Below, piece by piece: positions 12,501 through 25,501 of a stretch of 64,000 bases of DNA. The translations under genes were made by a program, and so were the position numbers. Below the pieces are notes generated by a model. It worked only from the letters and a program-made list of their open reading frames with translations, did no database searches and was not told where the DNA came from. Each line of letters begins with the position of its first letter. The stretch's first letter is position 1. This DNA is from Felis catus (Eukaryota): NCBI RefSeq assembly GCF_018350175.1, contig NC_058368.1, positions 105,774,001 through 105,838,000 on the forward strand, given 5' to 3'.

Positions 12501-14790
12501 AGAACTGATTCATGAATTCAGCCAAGTCATAGGATATAAAATCCATGCACAGAAATCGGTTGCATTTCTACACACCAAAGCAGCAGTGGGAGAAATCAAG
12601 GAATTGATCCCAATTGCACCAAAAACCATAAAATACCTAGGAATAAACCTAACCAAAGAGGTGAAAAATCTATACATTGAAAACTGTAGAAACCTTATGA
12701 AAGAAATTGAAAAAGACACAAAAAAAATTGAAAAACATTCCATGCTCATGGATTGGAAGAACAAATATCGTTTAAATGTCGATACCACCCAAAGCAATCT
12801 AAATATTCAATGCAATCCATATCAAAATAACACCAGCATTCTTCACAGAGCTAGAACAAATAATCCTAAAATTTGTATGGAACCAGAAAAGACCCTGAAG
12901 AGCCACAGCAATCCTGAAAAAAAAACCAAAGATGGAGGCATCTCAATTCCCAACTTCAAGCTGTACTACAAAGCTACAATCATCAAGAAAGTATGGAACT
13001 GGCACAAAAACAGACACATAGATCAAGGGAAGAAAAGAGAGAACCCAGAAACGGACCTAAAAATGTACAGCCAATTAATCTTTGTCAAAGCAGGAAAGAA
13101 CATCTAACGGAAAAAAGACATCTTCCCCAAATGGTGGTGGAAAACTGGACAGCGACATGCAGAAGAAGGAACCTGGACCACTTTCTTACACCATACACAA
13201 GAATAAACTCAAAATGGATGAAAGACCTCAATGTAACAGGAAGCCATCAAAATCCTTGAGGAGGAAACAGGCAACAACCGTTTTGACCTCAGCCACAGCA
13301 ACTTCTAACTTGACATGTCTCTGGAGGTAAGGGAAACAAAAGTAAAAATGAACTACTGGACCTCATCAAGATAAAAACCTTGTGCACAGCAAAAGAAACA
13401 ATCAGCACAACTAAAAGGCAACTGACAGAATGGGAGAAGGTATTTGCAAATGACATATCAGATAAAGGGTAAGTATCCAAAATCTATAAAGAACTTATCA
13501 AAATCAACACCCAAAACCAAATAATCCAGTGAAGAAACGGGCAAAAGACATGAATGGACACTTTTCCAGAGAAGACATCCAGATGGCCAACCGACACATG
13601 AAAGTTGCTCAGTATCACTCAGCATCAGAGAAATACAAATCCAAACCACAATGAGATACCACCTCACACCTGTCAGAATGACTAACATTAACAACTCCGG
13701 CAACAACAGATGTTAGCGAGGATGCAGAGAAAGAGGAACAGTGAATGCCACTGGTGCAGCCACTCTGGAAAGTAGTGTGGAGGTTCCTCAAAAAATTAAA
13801 AATAGAACTATCCTACGACCCAGCAATTGCACTACTAAAATATTTATCCAAAGGATACAAAATTGCTGGTTCAAAGGGGCACAGGCACCCCAATGTTTTT
13901 AGCAGCACTATCAACAATAGCCAAGGTATGGAAAGAGCCCAAATGTCCACTGACCAATGAATGGATAAAGAAGATGTGGTATATATATATACATTGGAAT
14001 ACTACTCAGTGATCAGAAAGAATGAAATCTTGCCATTTGCAACAACGTGGATGGAACTAGTGTGTGTTCTGCTAAGCGAAATAAGTCAGAGAAACACAAA
14101 TTTCATATGATTTCACTCATGTGGAATGTAAGATTCAAAATAGATAAACATAAGGGAACAGAAGCAAAAATAATATAAAAACAGAGAGGGAGACAAACCA
14201 TAAGAGACTCTTAAACACGGAGAACAAACTGAGGGTTACTAGCGGGGTGTTGGGTAGGGGGATACGCTAAATGGGCAAGGGGCCTGTCAAAACAATGGAA
14301 TACTATGTGGCAATGAGAAAGAATGAAATATGGCCTTTTGTAGCAACGTGGATGGAACTGGAGAGTGTTATGCTAAGTGAAATAAGTCATACAGAGAAAG
14401 ACAGATACCATATGTTTTCACTCTTATGTGGATCCTGAGAAATTTAACAGAAGACCATGGGGGAGGGGAAGAAAAAAAAAATAAACAGGTTAGAGAGGGA
14501 GAGAGCCAAAGCATAAGAGACTTAAAAACTGAGAACTGAGGGTTGATGGGGGGTGGGAGGGAGGGGGGGGTGGGTGATGGGTATTGAGGAGGGCACCTTT
14601 TGGGATGAGCACTGGGTGTTGCATGGAAACCAATTTGACCATAAATTTCATATTTAAAAAATGGGGAAGGGCATTAAGAAGACACTTGTTGGGATGAGCA
14701 CTTATATGTAAGTAATGAATCACTAAATTCTATTACTGAAATCATTACTACACTATATGTTAACTAACTTGGATTTAAATCAAAAACAAA
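9594..14790 (+). mobile_element. Carnivore LINE-1 with 5'UTR, broken ORF2 and 3'UTR but no ORF1
   Basis: 5' motif ggggaggaattaagatggtgg. ORF2 pieces include endonuclease (ICSLQETH…DKLDFK), RT ([19 protein letters not shown], and LFTDDMI) and C-terminal parts, matching ORFs 10476-13960. Many frameshifts and stops. 3' end …atatgttaactaacttggatttaaat followed by an A-rich tail. Confidence 0.95.
14284..14660 (+). mobile_element. Younger felid-type L1 3' fragment nested in the 3'UTR of the older L1
   Basis: A second copy of the L1 3' region (caatggaatacta…ggaaaccaatttgaccataaatttcatatttaaaaa) with a G-rich tract, flanked by aaatgggcaaggggc and aaatggggaagggc. Confidence 0.85.
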
Positions 14791-14798
14791 AACATCTT

Positions 14799-15016
14799 GG
14801 GGTGCCTGTGTGGCTCAGTATGTTGAGTGACAGGCTTTGGATCAGGTCATGATCTTGCAGTTTGGGGGTTTGACCCCCCCCCCCCCCCCCGTTAAGCTCT
14901 GTGCTGACCACTCAGAGCCTGGAGCCTGCTTCGGATTCTGGGTCTCCCTCTCTCTCTGCCCCTCCCCCACTCATACTTGTCTCTCTCAAAAATAAATAAA
15001 CAATAAAAAAAATTTT
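14799..15016 (+). mobile_element. CAN-SINE inserted at the L1 tail
   Basis: SINE head, body and tail. TSD aaacatctt(g) at 14790-14798 and 15017-15025. Internal poly-C run near 14874-14890. Confidence 0.95.
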
Positions 15017-15195
15017 AAACATCTTGATTTTTTATCAATACTCTAATGATGCATCCAGTTATTTAGTCTGTATGTTCCAAATAAATGGCATGAACTGAAA
15101 AAAGAAATCTGTCCTACATTCCATGGCAGAATTATCATATAAATACTCGTTAAATCTCTTTTTTTTTTATAGTCTGCATTTTATACTTTCCACTT

Positions 15196-15655
15196 CAGGG
15201 AGGAAAATTTTTCCCTTATTCCCTTCTACATTCGTTGGCTGGCCTAATAATTGACATAAGACAGATTTAGTAAGTGAAAAACTAATTTCTTACATAAGGG
15301 AATCCACAGAAATATGAGGCTCAAAGAATTGACCAAAGCAGGCAGATTTTTATACCTTTTAAACAAAGGAACATTATTTGTGAAGGTTTGACAAAGGAGT
15401 TTGGGCTTGGAGTAGCAAATTAATGAAGAAGTAACAAAGTTTCTTTATACAGCTTCCTGGCCCTGAAACCTCTATCTGGTGTTAATGACGATGTCCACCC
15501 TCCAGGTGGAAGGGGAATTTATTTCCTGCTTTCAAAGGTATAAAGGGAGGGTGAAGCGTCCTTCTTGCACTGCTGTTTCTTAAGTAATTTCAATTCAAAA
15601 GAGCCAATGTGCCAAAATGGTATTTTGGGGAGGTGGTTTGCCCTGAATCCCATCA
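15196..15655 (-). mobile_element. ERV1 solo LTR (MER34/CarLTR-like)
   Basis: The reverse strand begins TGATGGGATTCAGGGCAAACCACCTCCCCAAAATACCATTTTGGCAC…GAAACAGCAGTGCAAGAAG, resembling the recalled MER34-family 5' end, and ends aaattttcctccc. Confidence 0.7.
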
Positions 15656-16903
15656 TTATCATATAAAGAAACAAACTCAACCAAAGTGGTATGCCCAGTT
15701 ACTAAGACACATACTATGTACAATTCTTATAAAGAAAAGCTAATCTTATCATTGGTACAGTTGTATTTTCTTGGGTTTGGTTGAATTCCTTATTCACCTG
15801 ACAGGTTACGTTCATATACATTCAGTTTACTTTCAATAAGTAACTACAAACACACTCAACTATATAGACGTATCTGTATATAGGCACAAATGGGGGTGTA
15901 GGTGTGGATGTGTGAGTAGTAGTGAGGAGTCCCTCCTAAGACTCAGCCTCCAAGGGCCTCATGAACTGCTCATGAGGGTGGTGGGGTTGCATAAATATAA
16001 CAAGACATTCACCAGCATTCTCTACATGAAATAGCAAATTCAAAACATCTGACTAGATAGGCTCACCAAGACTCGGACTGGGCCTTGGTGGGGTTCCATT
16101 CTATCTGAGCTAATGGAGCACAGACACACATTGACAGTATACACTACAATGACTGCTTTTTAGTACAGGACAGAACTGTTGCTTATTCCAGAGGAAGTTA
16201 CTTGGGCAATTCTCAAGGACACCAAAACACCTCAGGGGTCCTTCCCTGAGACTGTGAAAGACCTTCATGTTTCAATTCCCTTTTTCTTACATTACTCAGA
16301 GTACCTGATTGATGACTTATGCAAAAGTCAACTGTAAGTCAGGAAGTTATACTTGTTTTTAATAGTTTCATATAAACTGATAGACTATATGGCAACAGGT
16401 ATCTGAAACCACTAAGGTGCTTGCATAAAGGAACTTTATTATCTCCCACTGCCATTTTGCACAGTTTCTTTTGACCCATTCTTTTTTGACCCTAGGAAAT
16501 CTCATGCGGCTCCCACAGGTTTTCCCATGTGTTTCAGAGGAACAAAATGTCCACTCAAATCCAATAATCATACAGTTCTAATGTCTCATCCAATTAAAAC
16601 TTCTCCAAATCCCCAACTTCAGCCTGTCCTAGGCTTTACACCTCCAGGGATAGAGAGAACATGTTGTCTTTTTTCTTCTCTCTTTCAACTCCTTCTTCCC
16701 TAACGATTAATGAGCACTTTCAAGGTTGCAGGGGGGAGGAGAGAAGACAGCTACTTGTAACAAAGATCTTACTCGGTGGGTGGAGGTGTAATCCAACAGA
16801 CTTTTCCTTCTCGGTCTTTTCTGCTGGTTCATATCTCTTGGACCTCTAAATGTTGAAGTGTATGAGAGCTCAGCCTTCAGACTTCTCTATCAAAATGCTC
16901 CCT

Positions 16904-17121
16904 GGGGCGCCTGGGTGGCTCAGTCGGTTAAGCGTCCGACTTTGGCTCAGGTCATGATCTCACAGTCCGTGAGTTTGAGCCCCGCGTTGGGCTCTGTGCT
17001 GACAGCTCAGAGCCTGGAGCCCACTTCAGATTCTGTGTCTCCCTCTCTCTCTGACCCTCCCCCGTTCATGCTCTGTCTCTCTCTGTCTCAAAAATAAATA
17101 AACATTAAAAACAAATTAAAA
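16904..17121 (+). mobile_element. CAN-SINE (SINEC_Fc-like)
   Basis: Full-length, with TSD AAAATGCTCCCT at 16892-16903 and 17122-17133. Confidence 0.97.
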
Positions 17122-17133
17122 AAAATGCTCCCT

Positions 17134-18355
17134 TCACGATCTCATGTATTCTCAGGCCTTTAAATATCAACTATAAGTTAAAGGCTCCCAAATTTATATA
17201 TAGTGCCAGCCTTGACCTTGCCCCTGAACTTGACCAGTATATCCAACAAACATCTACCTGAATGTCTAGCAGGTGTCTCAAAATACCCATTTTAAAGCAC
17301 AGCCTCTGGTATCTTTCCTCCCCAACCACGTTCTACTCACAGATGTTCTCCATCTCAGATAATAGCGACTTCAGCCTTTACCACTCCACAAACCTCAGAA
17401 TTAATTGATCTTTTCTTCTATTACTCCGCAAGTGTTCTGTTAATAAATTCTGAGGGTTCAACCTGCAAAATCCATCTGGAATTCAACCACTCCTCCTTAC
17501 TTTTACCAATAAACCCCTGGTCAGGCTACCATCACTTCTTACTTAGATTATGGCAGTAGCCTCCTCACTGGTCTCCCTGCCTCCATATTTGTTCCCTTAT
17601 TATCTCTTTACCACTCAGCAGCCATATAAATCTTTGAAAATGAAGGTCAGAATAGGTCACTCTTCTGCTTAAAACCTTCCACTGGCTCCCATTTCGAGAA
17701 TACAAATGAAAGTCAAAGTACTTACCCCAGCCTTCAAAGCCCCACAAAATATGGCCCTAGGCTACATCTCCAAACCTGTCTTGTACCTGTCTCCTCCAGG
17801 ACATCCTGCTCCAGTCACAATGGCCTATCCACAGCTCAGGGCTGCCGCACTGGCTGGTTCTTCCTAGAAAGCCATGGTTTGTTCTCTCACCCCCTTCAAA
17901 CCTCCATTAGCCCCCCCCCTTTTTTTTTTTAATTTTTTTTTCAACGTTTATTTATTTTTGGGACAGAGAGAGACAGAGCATGAACGGGGGAGGGGCAGAG
18001 AGAGAGGGAGACACACAATCGGAAACAGGCTCCAGGCTCTGAGACATCAGCCCAGAGCCTGACGCGGGGCTCGAACTCCCGGACCGCGAGATCGTGACCT
18101 GGCTGAAGTCGGACGCTCAACCAACTGCGCCACCCAGGCGCCCCTCCACTAGCCCTTTATAAGCTCTCATCTTGCTTTGTTTTTCTGGTGGTTTTATCTC
18201 ATCTCACTGTAGATTTTACTTGTTTATTGTCTGTTCCTTGCTTCTAAAAGAACTTGTCCAAGAGCAAGGATTTTTATGTTTGTTCAATAATCTATTCCCA
18301 GGGTATAGAGGTGTGCCAGGAGCTCCGTATCAATAAATTTTCTTCTGAATGAACT
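17134..18355 (+). mobile_element. L2 3' region, interrupted by a SINE
   Basis: L2 motifs: gtcactcttctgcttaaaaccttccactggctccc, gagcaaggatttttatgtttgttca, caataaattttcttctgaatgaa. Confidence 0.75.
17920..18144 (-). mobile_element. Young CAN-SINE (SINEC_Fc)
   Basis: CpG-rich, near-consensus copy with TSD-like tcca(t/c)tagccc on both sides. Confidence 0.97.
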
Positions 18356-18892
18356 CTAGCTTGCCTGCCCTCTGGGCAAGACACCTAGAAAGCCTAAGGA
18401 TTTACTGATATTTTGGAAAACCTCCCAGGGCTCCAGTGGAGAAGGTCTCTCACCTCTCCCCATCGATCCTAGGGATAGCTCCTCTTTCTGGCCACTTACA
18501 AGTCTCCCAGCAGCCCCAGGCTTCTGACAATTTATCCCCATGCTGGGGTCACCCACCCTACAGGAGTCCACGTGGGCAGAAACTACCTCAAGACCACATT
18601 AATTCATTTCTTTTCTGTGAGGTCCTCACCTGGCAAATGGGAAATGTATCCTTTACCTCTAAAATTCAGGAAATGCAGAAGTGAGACTTTTCAGATCTGA
18701 GTCAGGCTCCACTGATATTCCTCTCTCCAAAACCAGTTCGTGGACAACACTTTTCCAAAAAGATCCTCACTACTGTTCTCTTCAAATTCTTTAAGGATTC
18801 TTTCTATATAGCCTGCAGGGGCGGGATGGGTCCCTCAAGGCAGAACACACTCTCTTCCCCGCCCCCATTTCCTCTCCCTTAGCTCACTCCTG

Positions 18893-18976
18893 CTGCTCAC
18901 AGGTTATTCAAATAATGAAGACAGCAGTTACATACTGCTCACAGGTTATTCAAATAATGAAAACAGCAGTTACATA
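18893..18976. repeat. 42-bp tandem duplication (2 copies, 1 mismatch)
   Basis: ctgctcacaggttattcaaataatgaa(g/a)acagcagttacata at 18893-18934 and 18935-18976. Confidence 0.95.
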
Positions 18977-20141
18977 CAGTATGCTAATGTTCCTAAAAGA
19001 ACAACACAATGAAATTTTAATTACCTTCTCAAAGAGAAGATTCTAGAGTACATTATAGTCATGGGATCCATACACTTTCTTGACGCCAGATAGAAATATT
19101 AATATGCAATTAACTAGCCACTACAGATTATATATACTAGTACAAAGGATTTATATAAGATGCAACATTGTAATATGTGGGAAAAAAAGAAGACCAAAAG
19201 TCTTCCATCTTGAAGCTGCAAGGAAAATAAACATACAGAAAATATTTTAAAATATAAAATCAATTTTCAACTAAATGTCAGAATGCTATACTTCCTGGTT
19301 TTTTATTAGTTAATGATGAAAAATATTTTTTCTATCACGGTAAATTAGGGCAAAATATCCCACGTGGGAGGAAAAATTATGATAATCTAATTTGTGAACA
19401 GCTGTATTCTATGAGTATGTTAAGCTGAATTAATTTTCTAAGCCTACAACTAAATATTCACAGTATGGTTTTACTGACGCATTGAATGAGAATTTTTTAG
19501 CAAACTTCAAATGTTTTCTATTACAAAGTATCCTTGAGGGCTTCAAATCTGTTGTGCTTACAACCCAACGAAACAAGAAAGTAACCGCTCATATTTTTTT
19601 TTCCCAAATATCACGAAATGCTCTTTCTTATATGCCTTCATGTTAAAACAGAACCTAGTTATGTCTAAGCATACTGCTGTACTTTTAGAAAGACTTTGCT
19701 CATATTTTTATTTCTTTGAAAAATTATATTTTAAAAATAAGATACTGACTACAACAGCATGCATATCCCTCCTGTTTAAGGGCCAGACTGATTCACGTCC
19801 CATAACGTACACAGGTAGAGGCAGACGAATAGAACAGCCTAGAATGAGATTCATGATATCTACAGAATTGTCTTTCTTCTAATTTCAGGAAGGGTCAGGT
19901 TTCTAACTGCAGTCTAGATGACAGCAGACAAGATGAGAAAAGGGACGGTACTATAAAGAAGGGCAGGAAGAATAGAAGGTAACTGAAAAACTGTAGACCT
20001 ACAAAGAAAGATAATGGAGCTATATTTACTTCATTCGTAGCGGGCCATTCCTTTTCCTTTGGAACTCTCTGACAAACACAGTGGCCACCCTGAGTTCCTG
20101 TCTGAAGTACATTTATTTTTGGAAGTCAAAGAGCTTCTTGA

Positions 20142-20193
20142 TACTACTAACTACTACTACTACTACTACTACTAATAATAATAATAATAATAA
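20142..20193. repeat. Compound (TAC)n(TAA)n microsatellite
   Basis: Direct reading. Confidence 0.95.
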
Positions 20194-20274
20194 ATCTTAC
20201 AAAGTCACTTCTCAAACTCTAGTAATTAAAGAACTATATTTCTATACCTATGGGTAGGTCCTCGAACCACTCGA

Positions 20275-20565
20275 GGATGCTGTATGAGACTATAATGATG
20301 TATACCTATCATTATACATTTGTGCAAACCCAAAAAATATACACTAGCAGGAAGGTAAAAACTACAGAATTTGGGTGATAATGGTGTGTCAGTGTACATT
20401 CATCAATTGTAACAAGTTTACCACTCTGGTGGGGGATGTTGATGATGGGGGAAACTATGCATGTATTGGGTCAGGGAGTATATGGGAAATCTCTGTACCT
20501 TCCTCTCAATTTTGTTATGAACCTCTAACTACTCTAAAAGGATAAACAAAGCCTTTATAAAAAAT
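20275..20565 (+). mobile_element. L1MC-like 3' end fragment
   Basis: attatacatttgtgcaaaccc…ttcatcaattgtaacaagtttaccactctggtgggggatgttgat…tatatgggaaatctctgtaccttcctctcaattttg. Confidence 0.8.
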
Positions 20566-20783
20566 TTAATAAGAACTTTGTTCTAATCAGTAACATTTCC
20601 AGGAATAACAACCATAAACACACAGCTTTGACATACCAGTTATGTTTTTCCTTAAAACATTTTAATACATCATCACCATTAAAATTTGTCTGTGATCCAT
20701 CATCCATTCAACTAAGAAAGTAGCTGTGAAGTTACTAGGGGAGGGACTATTTGAAACAGGAAAAGAATAGTGAAAATGAACAA

Positions 20784-20984
20784 CAGGGGTTGGCAAACTA
20801 CCCCCACTCCCTGTTTCTGTAGGTGGAGTTTCACTAGAACACAGCCACACTCATTTGTTTATGTATTTATTATCCGTGGCTGCTTTTATGCCTTGGTGGC
20901 AGAGCCGCATATTTGTAATAGTGACTTCCGTATCCTAAAATATTGATTATCAGGCCTTTAGCAGAAAAAGTTTGTCAGTCCCTG
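20784..20984. mobile_element. hAT-Charlie MITE (MER58A-like)
   Basis: TIRs CAGGGGTTGGCAAACT … AGTTTGTCAGTCCCTG and internal gaacacagccacactcatttgtttatgtat. Confidence 0.85.
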
Positions 20985-21062
20985 ATATGGAAAGGTTCTG
21001 CACTTAGAGTACCTCACAGGTGTGTTAAGGAATGGGCTTCAATTTAAAAAAATGAAACTGCA

Positions 21063-21276
21063 GGGGCACCTGGGTGGCTTAGTCGGCTAAGCCTCCGACT
21101 TCAGCTCAGGGTCATGATCTCACAGCTTGTGAGTTCAAGCTCCGTGTCAGGCTCTGTGCTGACAGCTCAGAGCCTGGAGCCTGCTTCAAATTCTGTGTCT
21201 CCCTCTCTCTCTGCCCCTACCCTGCTTGTGCTCTCTGTCCCTCATAAATGAATAAATGTTAAAAAAAATTTTTTTT
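21063..21276 (+). mobile_element. CAN-SINE
   Basis: Full SINE structure. Confidence 0.95.
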
Positions 21277-21291
21277 AAATATAAAATTGCA

Positions 21292-21502
21292 GGGGCGCCT
21301 GGGTGGCTCTGTCGGTTGAGCGTCCGACTTCGGCTCAGGTCATGATCTCGCGGTGTGTGAGTTCAAGCCCCGCGTCGGGCTCTGGGCTGACGGCTCAGAG
21401 CCTGGAGCATGTTTCCGATTCTGTGTCTCCCTCTCTCTCTGCCCCTCCCCCGTTCATGCTCTCTCTCTCTCTCTCTCTCTGTCTCAAAAATAAATAAGCG
21501 TT
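21292..21502 (+). mobile_element. Young CAN-SINE directly behind the previous one
   Basis: TSD AAATATAAAATTGCA at 21277-21291 and 21503-21517. Confidence 0.97.
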
Positions 21503-21517
21503 AAATATAAAATTGCA

Positions 21518-24500
21518 AAAATGAAACACTCAATTTTGGGGATGAAGCAAAAGCATTTCAAAGAGAGAAGTTTATAACAGTACAGGCCTACTTCAAAAAA
21601 ACAGAAAAATCTCAAATATACAACCTAACCTAATCTAGAAGGGCTAGAAAAAGAACAACAAATAAAGTCCAAAGCTAGTAGAAAGAAGGAATTATAAAGA
21701 TTAAAGCAAAAAATAAATGAAATAGACACTAAAAAAAAAATAGAAAAGATCAATGAAACCAAGATTTGGTTCTTTGAAAATATAAACAAAATTGATAATC
21801 CTTTAGCCACACTCATCAAGAAAAAAAAAAAGAGGACTCAAATAAATCAAATGACAAATGAAAAAGGATAAGTAACAACTGACACCATAGAAAGAAAAGG
21901 ATTATAAGAGAATATTATGTATGTCTATATGTATATGTAATACAGTTAAGAGAATTAGAAGTCGACAAATTGGACAGCCTAGAAGAAACTAATAAATTCC
22001 TAGAAACCTACAATCTCCCAAAACTGAATCAGAAAGAAATATAAAACAAATTGAGCAACTACTAGTAATGAAATTGAATCAGTTTTCAAAAAACTCCCAA
22101 CAAACCAAAATTCAGGACCAGATACAGGTGAAATCTACTAAACATTTAAGAAGAGTTAATACCTATTTTCCTCAAACTATTCCCCCCCCCAAAAAAAAAG
22201 AAGAGGAAGGAAATCTTCCAGATTCATTCTACCAGGCAGGCTAGCTTCATCCAGTATCACCTGATACCAAAGTCAAAGATACTACAAAGAAAACTACAAG
22301 ACAATACCTGTGATGAATATAAATGCAAAAATCCTCAGCAAAAAATGAGCAAATCAAATTTAACAATACATTAAAAAAATCATTTACCATGATTAAGTGA
22401 GATTTATTCCAAGGATGCAAGGATGGCTATTAATCAATTTGATACATCACATTAACGAGAAAGGATAAAAACTGTATGATCGTCTCAAAAGATATAAATA
22501 AGCATTTAACAAAATACAACAATTGTTTCTGATAAAAACTCTCCAGAAAGTGGGTTTAAAGGGAAAAAAAATCACAACATAACAAAGGCCTTATAAAAAA
22601 ACCCTACAGCTAACATCATATTCAATGGTGAAAAACTGAAAACTTTTCCTCTAACATTAAGAACGAGACAAGGATTTCCACTCTCACCATTTTTATTCAA
22701 CACAGTACTAGAAATCCTAGCTGCAGCTATCAGATAAGAAAAAGAAATAAAAGGCATTCAACTTGCTAAGGAAGAAGTAAAACTGTCACTATTTACAGGT
22801 GACATAATACTGTACATAGAACATACTACGGTTTTAAAGCAAAAAGCTATTAGAACTGATAAACTGATTCAGTAAAACTGTAGGATACCAAGTACAAAGA
22901 AATCTGTTTCATTTCTATACACTAATAACAAAGTAGCAGAAAGAGTAATTAAGAAAACAATTTCATTTATAATTGCACCAAAAAGAATAAAATACCTAGG
23001 AGTATATTTAACCAAGGAGGTGAAAGCCCATACTCTGAACACTGTAAGTCACTGATTAAAGAAACTGAAGATGACAAAGATTAATGGAAAGATATACCAC
23101 ATTCATAGATTGGAAGAATTAGTATCATTAAAATGCCCAAACTACCCAAAGCATTCTATAGACTTAATGCAATCCCTATCTAAATATCAATGGCATTTTT
23201 CACAGGTACTCAACAAATAATCCTAAAATTTGTATAAAACCACTTAAAACTGACAATAACCAAAGCAATCTTGAGAAAGAAGAAAAAAGCTGGAGGTATC
23301 ATGTTCCCAGATTTCATGATACTACAAAGCTATAGTAATCAAAAGAATATGATACTGGGAAAAAAATAGACATGTAGATCAATGGAAGAGAATAAAAGCC
23401 CAGAAATAAACCCACACCTATCTGGTCAATTTATTTATGACAAAGGAAGCAAGAATATGCAGAAAAAGTCTTTTCAATAAATAGTGTTGGGAAACTGGAT
23501 AACTACATGCAAAAGAATGAAGCCAGTCTACTTTCTTATGCCATACACAAAAATAAAGTCAGGATGGATTAAAGACCTAAATGTGAGACTTGAAACCATA
23601 ATATTCCTAAAAAGAAACACAGGCACTAATTTCTTAGACATCATCCTTAGCAAGATATTTATAGATGTGTTTCTTCAGGCAAGAGAAACGAAAACAAAAA
23701 TAAACTATTTGGACTACACCAAAATAAAAAGCTTTTACACAGCAAAGAAAACCATCAACAAAGCAAACAGCAACCCAGTGAATGAGAGAAGATACCTGCA
23801 AATGATATATTTGATAAGGGTTTAACAACAAAAGTATATAAAGAACTCATAACACTCAACACCAAAAAAAAACCAATCTATTAAAAAGTGGGCAGGGGCC
23901 CTGAATAGACATTTTTCCAAAGAAAACCTACGGATGGCCAAAAGACGCAAGAAGAGGTGCTCAGTGTCATAAATCATCAGGAAGATGCAAACCCAAATCA
24001 CAATGAGGTATCACCTCACTCCTATCAGAATGACTAGTATCAAAAATACAAGAAATAACAAGTGTTCTGTTCCTGAGGATGTGAAGAGAGACAACACCTG
24101 TGCACTGTTAGGGGGAATGAAAATTGGTACATCCTCTGTGAAAAACAGTATGGAGGTTCTTCAAATACTAAAAATAGAAATACCATATGATCTAGCAATT
24201 CCCTTACTGAGCATTTACCCAAAGACAACAAAAACACTCATTCAAAAATAGTATGTTTATTGCAGCATTATTTATAATGGTCAAGATATGGAAGTAACCC
24301 AAGGGTCCATCAACAGATGAATGGATAAAGAAGAAATGGCTTATATACACAATGGAATATTACTCAACTATAAAAAAGAAGATCTTGCCATTTGCAATAA
24401 CATGGACAGATCTAGAGATATTATACTATGTGAAATAAGTCAGATAAATACAAATACCATATGATTTCACTCATATGTGGAATCTAAAAATTGAACAAAC

Positions 24501-24810
24501 TAAAAACAGACTCTTAAATACAGAGAACAAATTGGTGGTTGCCAGAAGGGAGTTGAGTCAGGGGTTGGGCAAAATGGCTAAAGGGTATCAAGAGATAAAA
24601 AAAACTTCTGGTTATAAAATAAATAAGTCACAGAGATGAAAAAAGTACAGCATAGGGAAATAGTCAATTATACTGTAATAATGTTGTATAGTGATTACAC
24701 TTTATCATGGTAAGCATTGAGTAATGTATAGAATTGTAGAATCACCATGTTGTGCACCTGAACTAATGCGACCCTGTGTGTCAACTGCACGTCAGTTAAA
24801 AAAAAAAAGT
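21518..24810 (+). mobile_element. 5'-truncated older carnivore L1 (ORF2 remnant plus 3'UTR)
   Basis: Degenerate ORF2 (ORFs 23484-23825 and 23985-24251, e.g. MRYHLTPIRM). 3' end …agaatcaccatgttgtgcacctgaactaatg…cagttaaaaaaaaaaa. Confidence 0.93.
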
Positions 24811-25419
24811 CAAATGCGAACTCAAAGCATTTTGGTGACATTAAAGTAACAATAAAAGCTCAGTATAACATCTGGGAAACTACCCTCAAAAACGTTTGCA
24901 AACTTCCTGTAAGAGAGGATTAGAAAATGATCTACAAATACATTTTAAGTTAAACTCGAACTCTAAAGGATTTTTTATTACTTTTTTATTACATATTATT
25001 ATATATTACTTTTATGATCCTCTTCTCTATCAGGTTTTTGTTATTATTATTAACTGCCAAATAATACTTATTGGTCTGAATCAGAGGTCATTACTATAGT
25101 CCTTGATACAGATAAGAACTAAATGAAAAGCTGTTTACTTCTATGGTAGAACTATTATGGTATTCTTTCACAAATGGAAGAAGGGAAATTTTTATTTAAA
25201 GTTACATGGTCCTGGTGGCATTTCCAAGAGTTTGGAAGATGAAATCTTATAAAGAACATGTTTATTATGCTTCAGATAAGCATCAGCTATAGTTTGTTAA
25301 ATCAACTCATACTAAATTTACTACGATGGCACACAGATGTTGGTAAATATTCCCAAATTGTCTTTTGCCATTCACCAGAATTTAGCCATGCTAGATAATA
25401 CAAACCAACAACTCAGCCT

Positions 25420-25501
25420 GGATGTTGTCCTATTTATGTGTTGCTGTTTTCTGAGACAATAGGATGTTGTCCTATTTATGTGTTGCTGTTTTCTGGGACA
25501 A
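25420..25501. repeat. Tandem duplication with 42-bp period
   Basis: ggatgttgtcctatttatgtgttgctgttttctg(a/g)gacaa starting at 25420 and again at 25462. Confidence 0.95.

Noticed and set aside
18893..25501. A functional link between the two 42-bp duplications, or with the 42-codon cbEGF exons
   Set aside because: The two units share no sequence similarity and are non-coding. Equal period in two events is plausibly chance.
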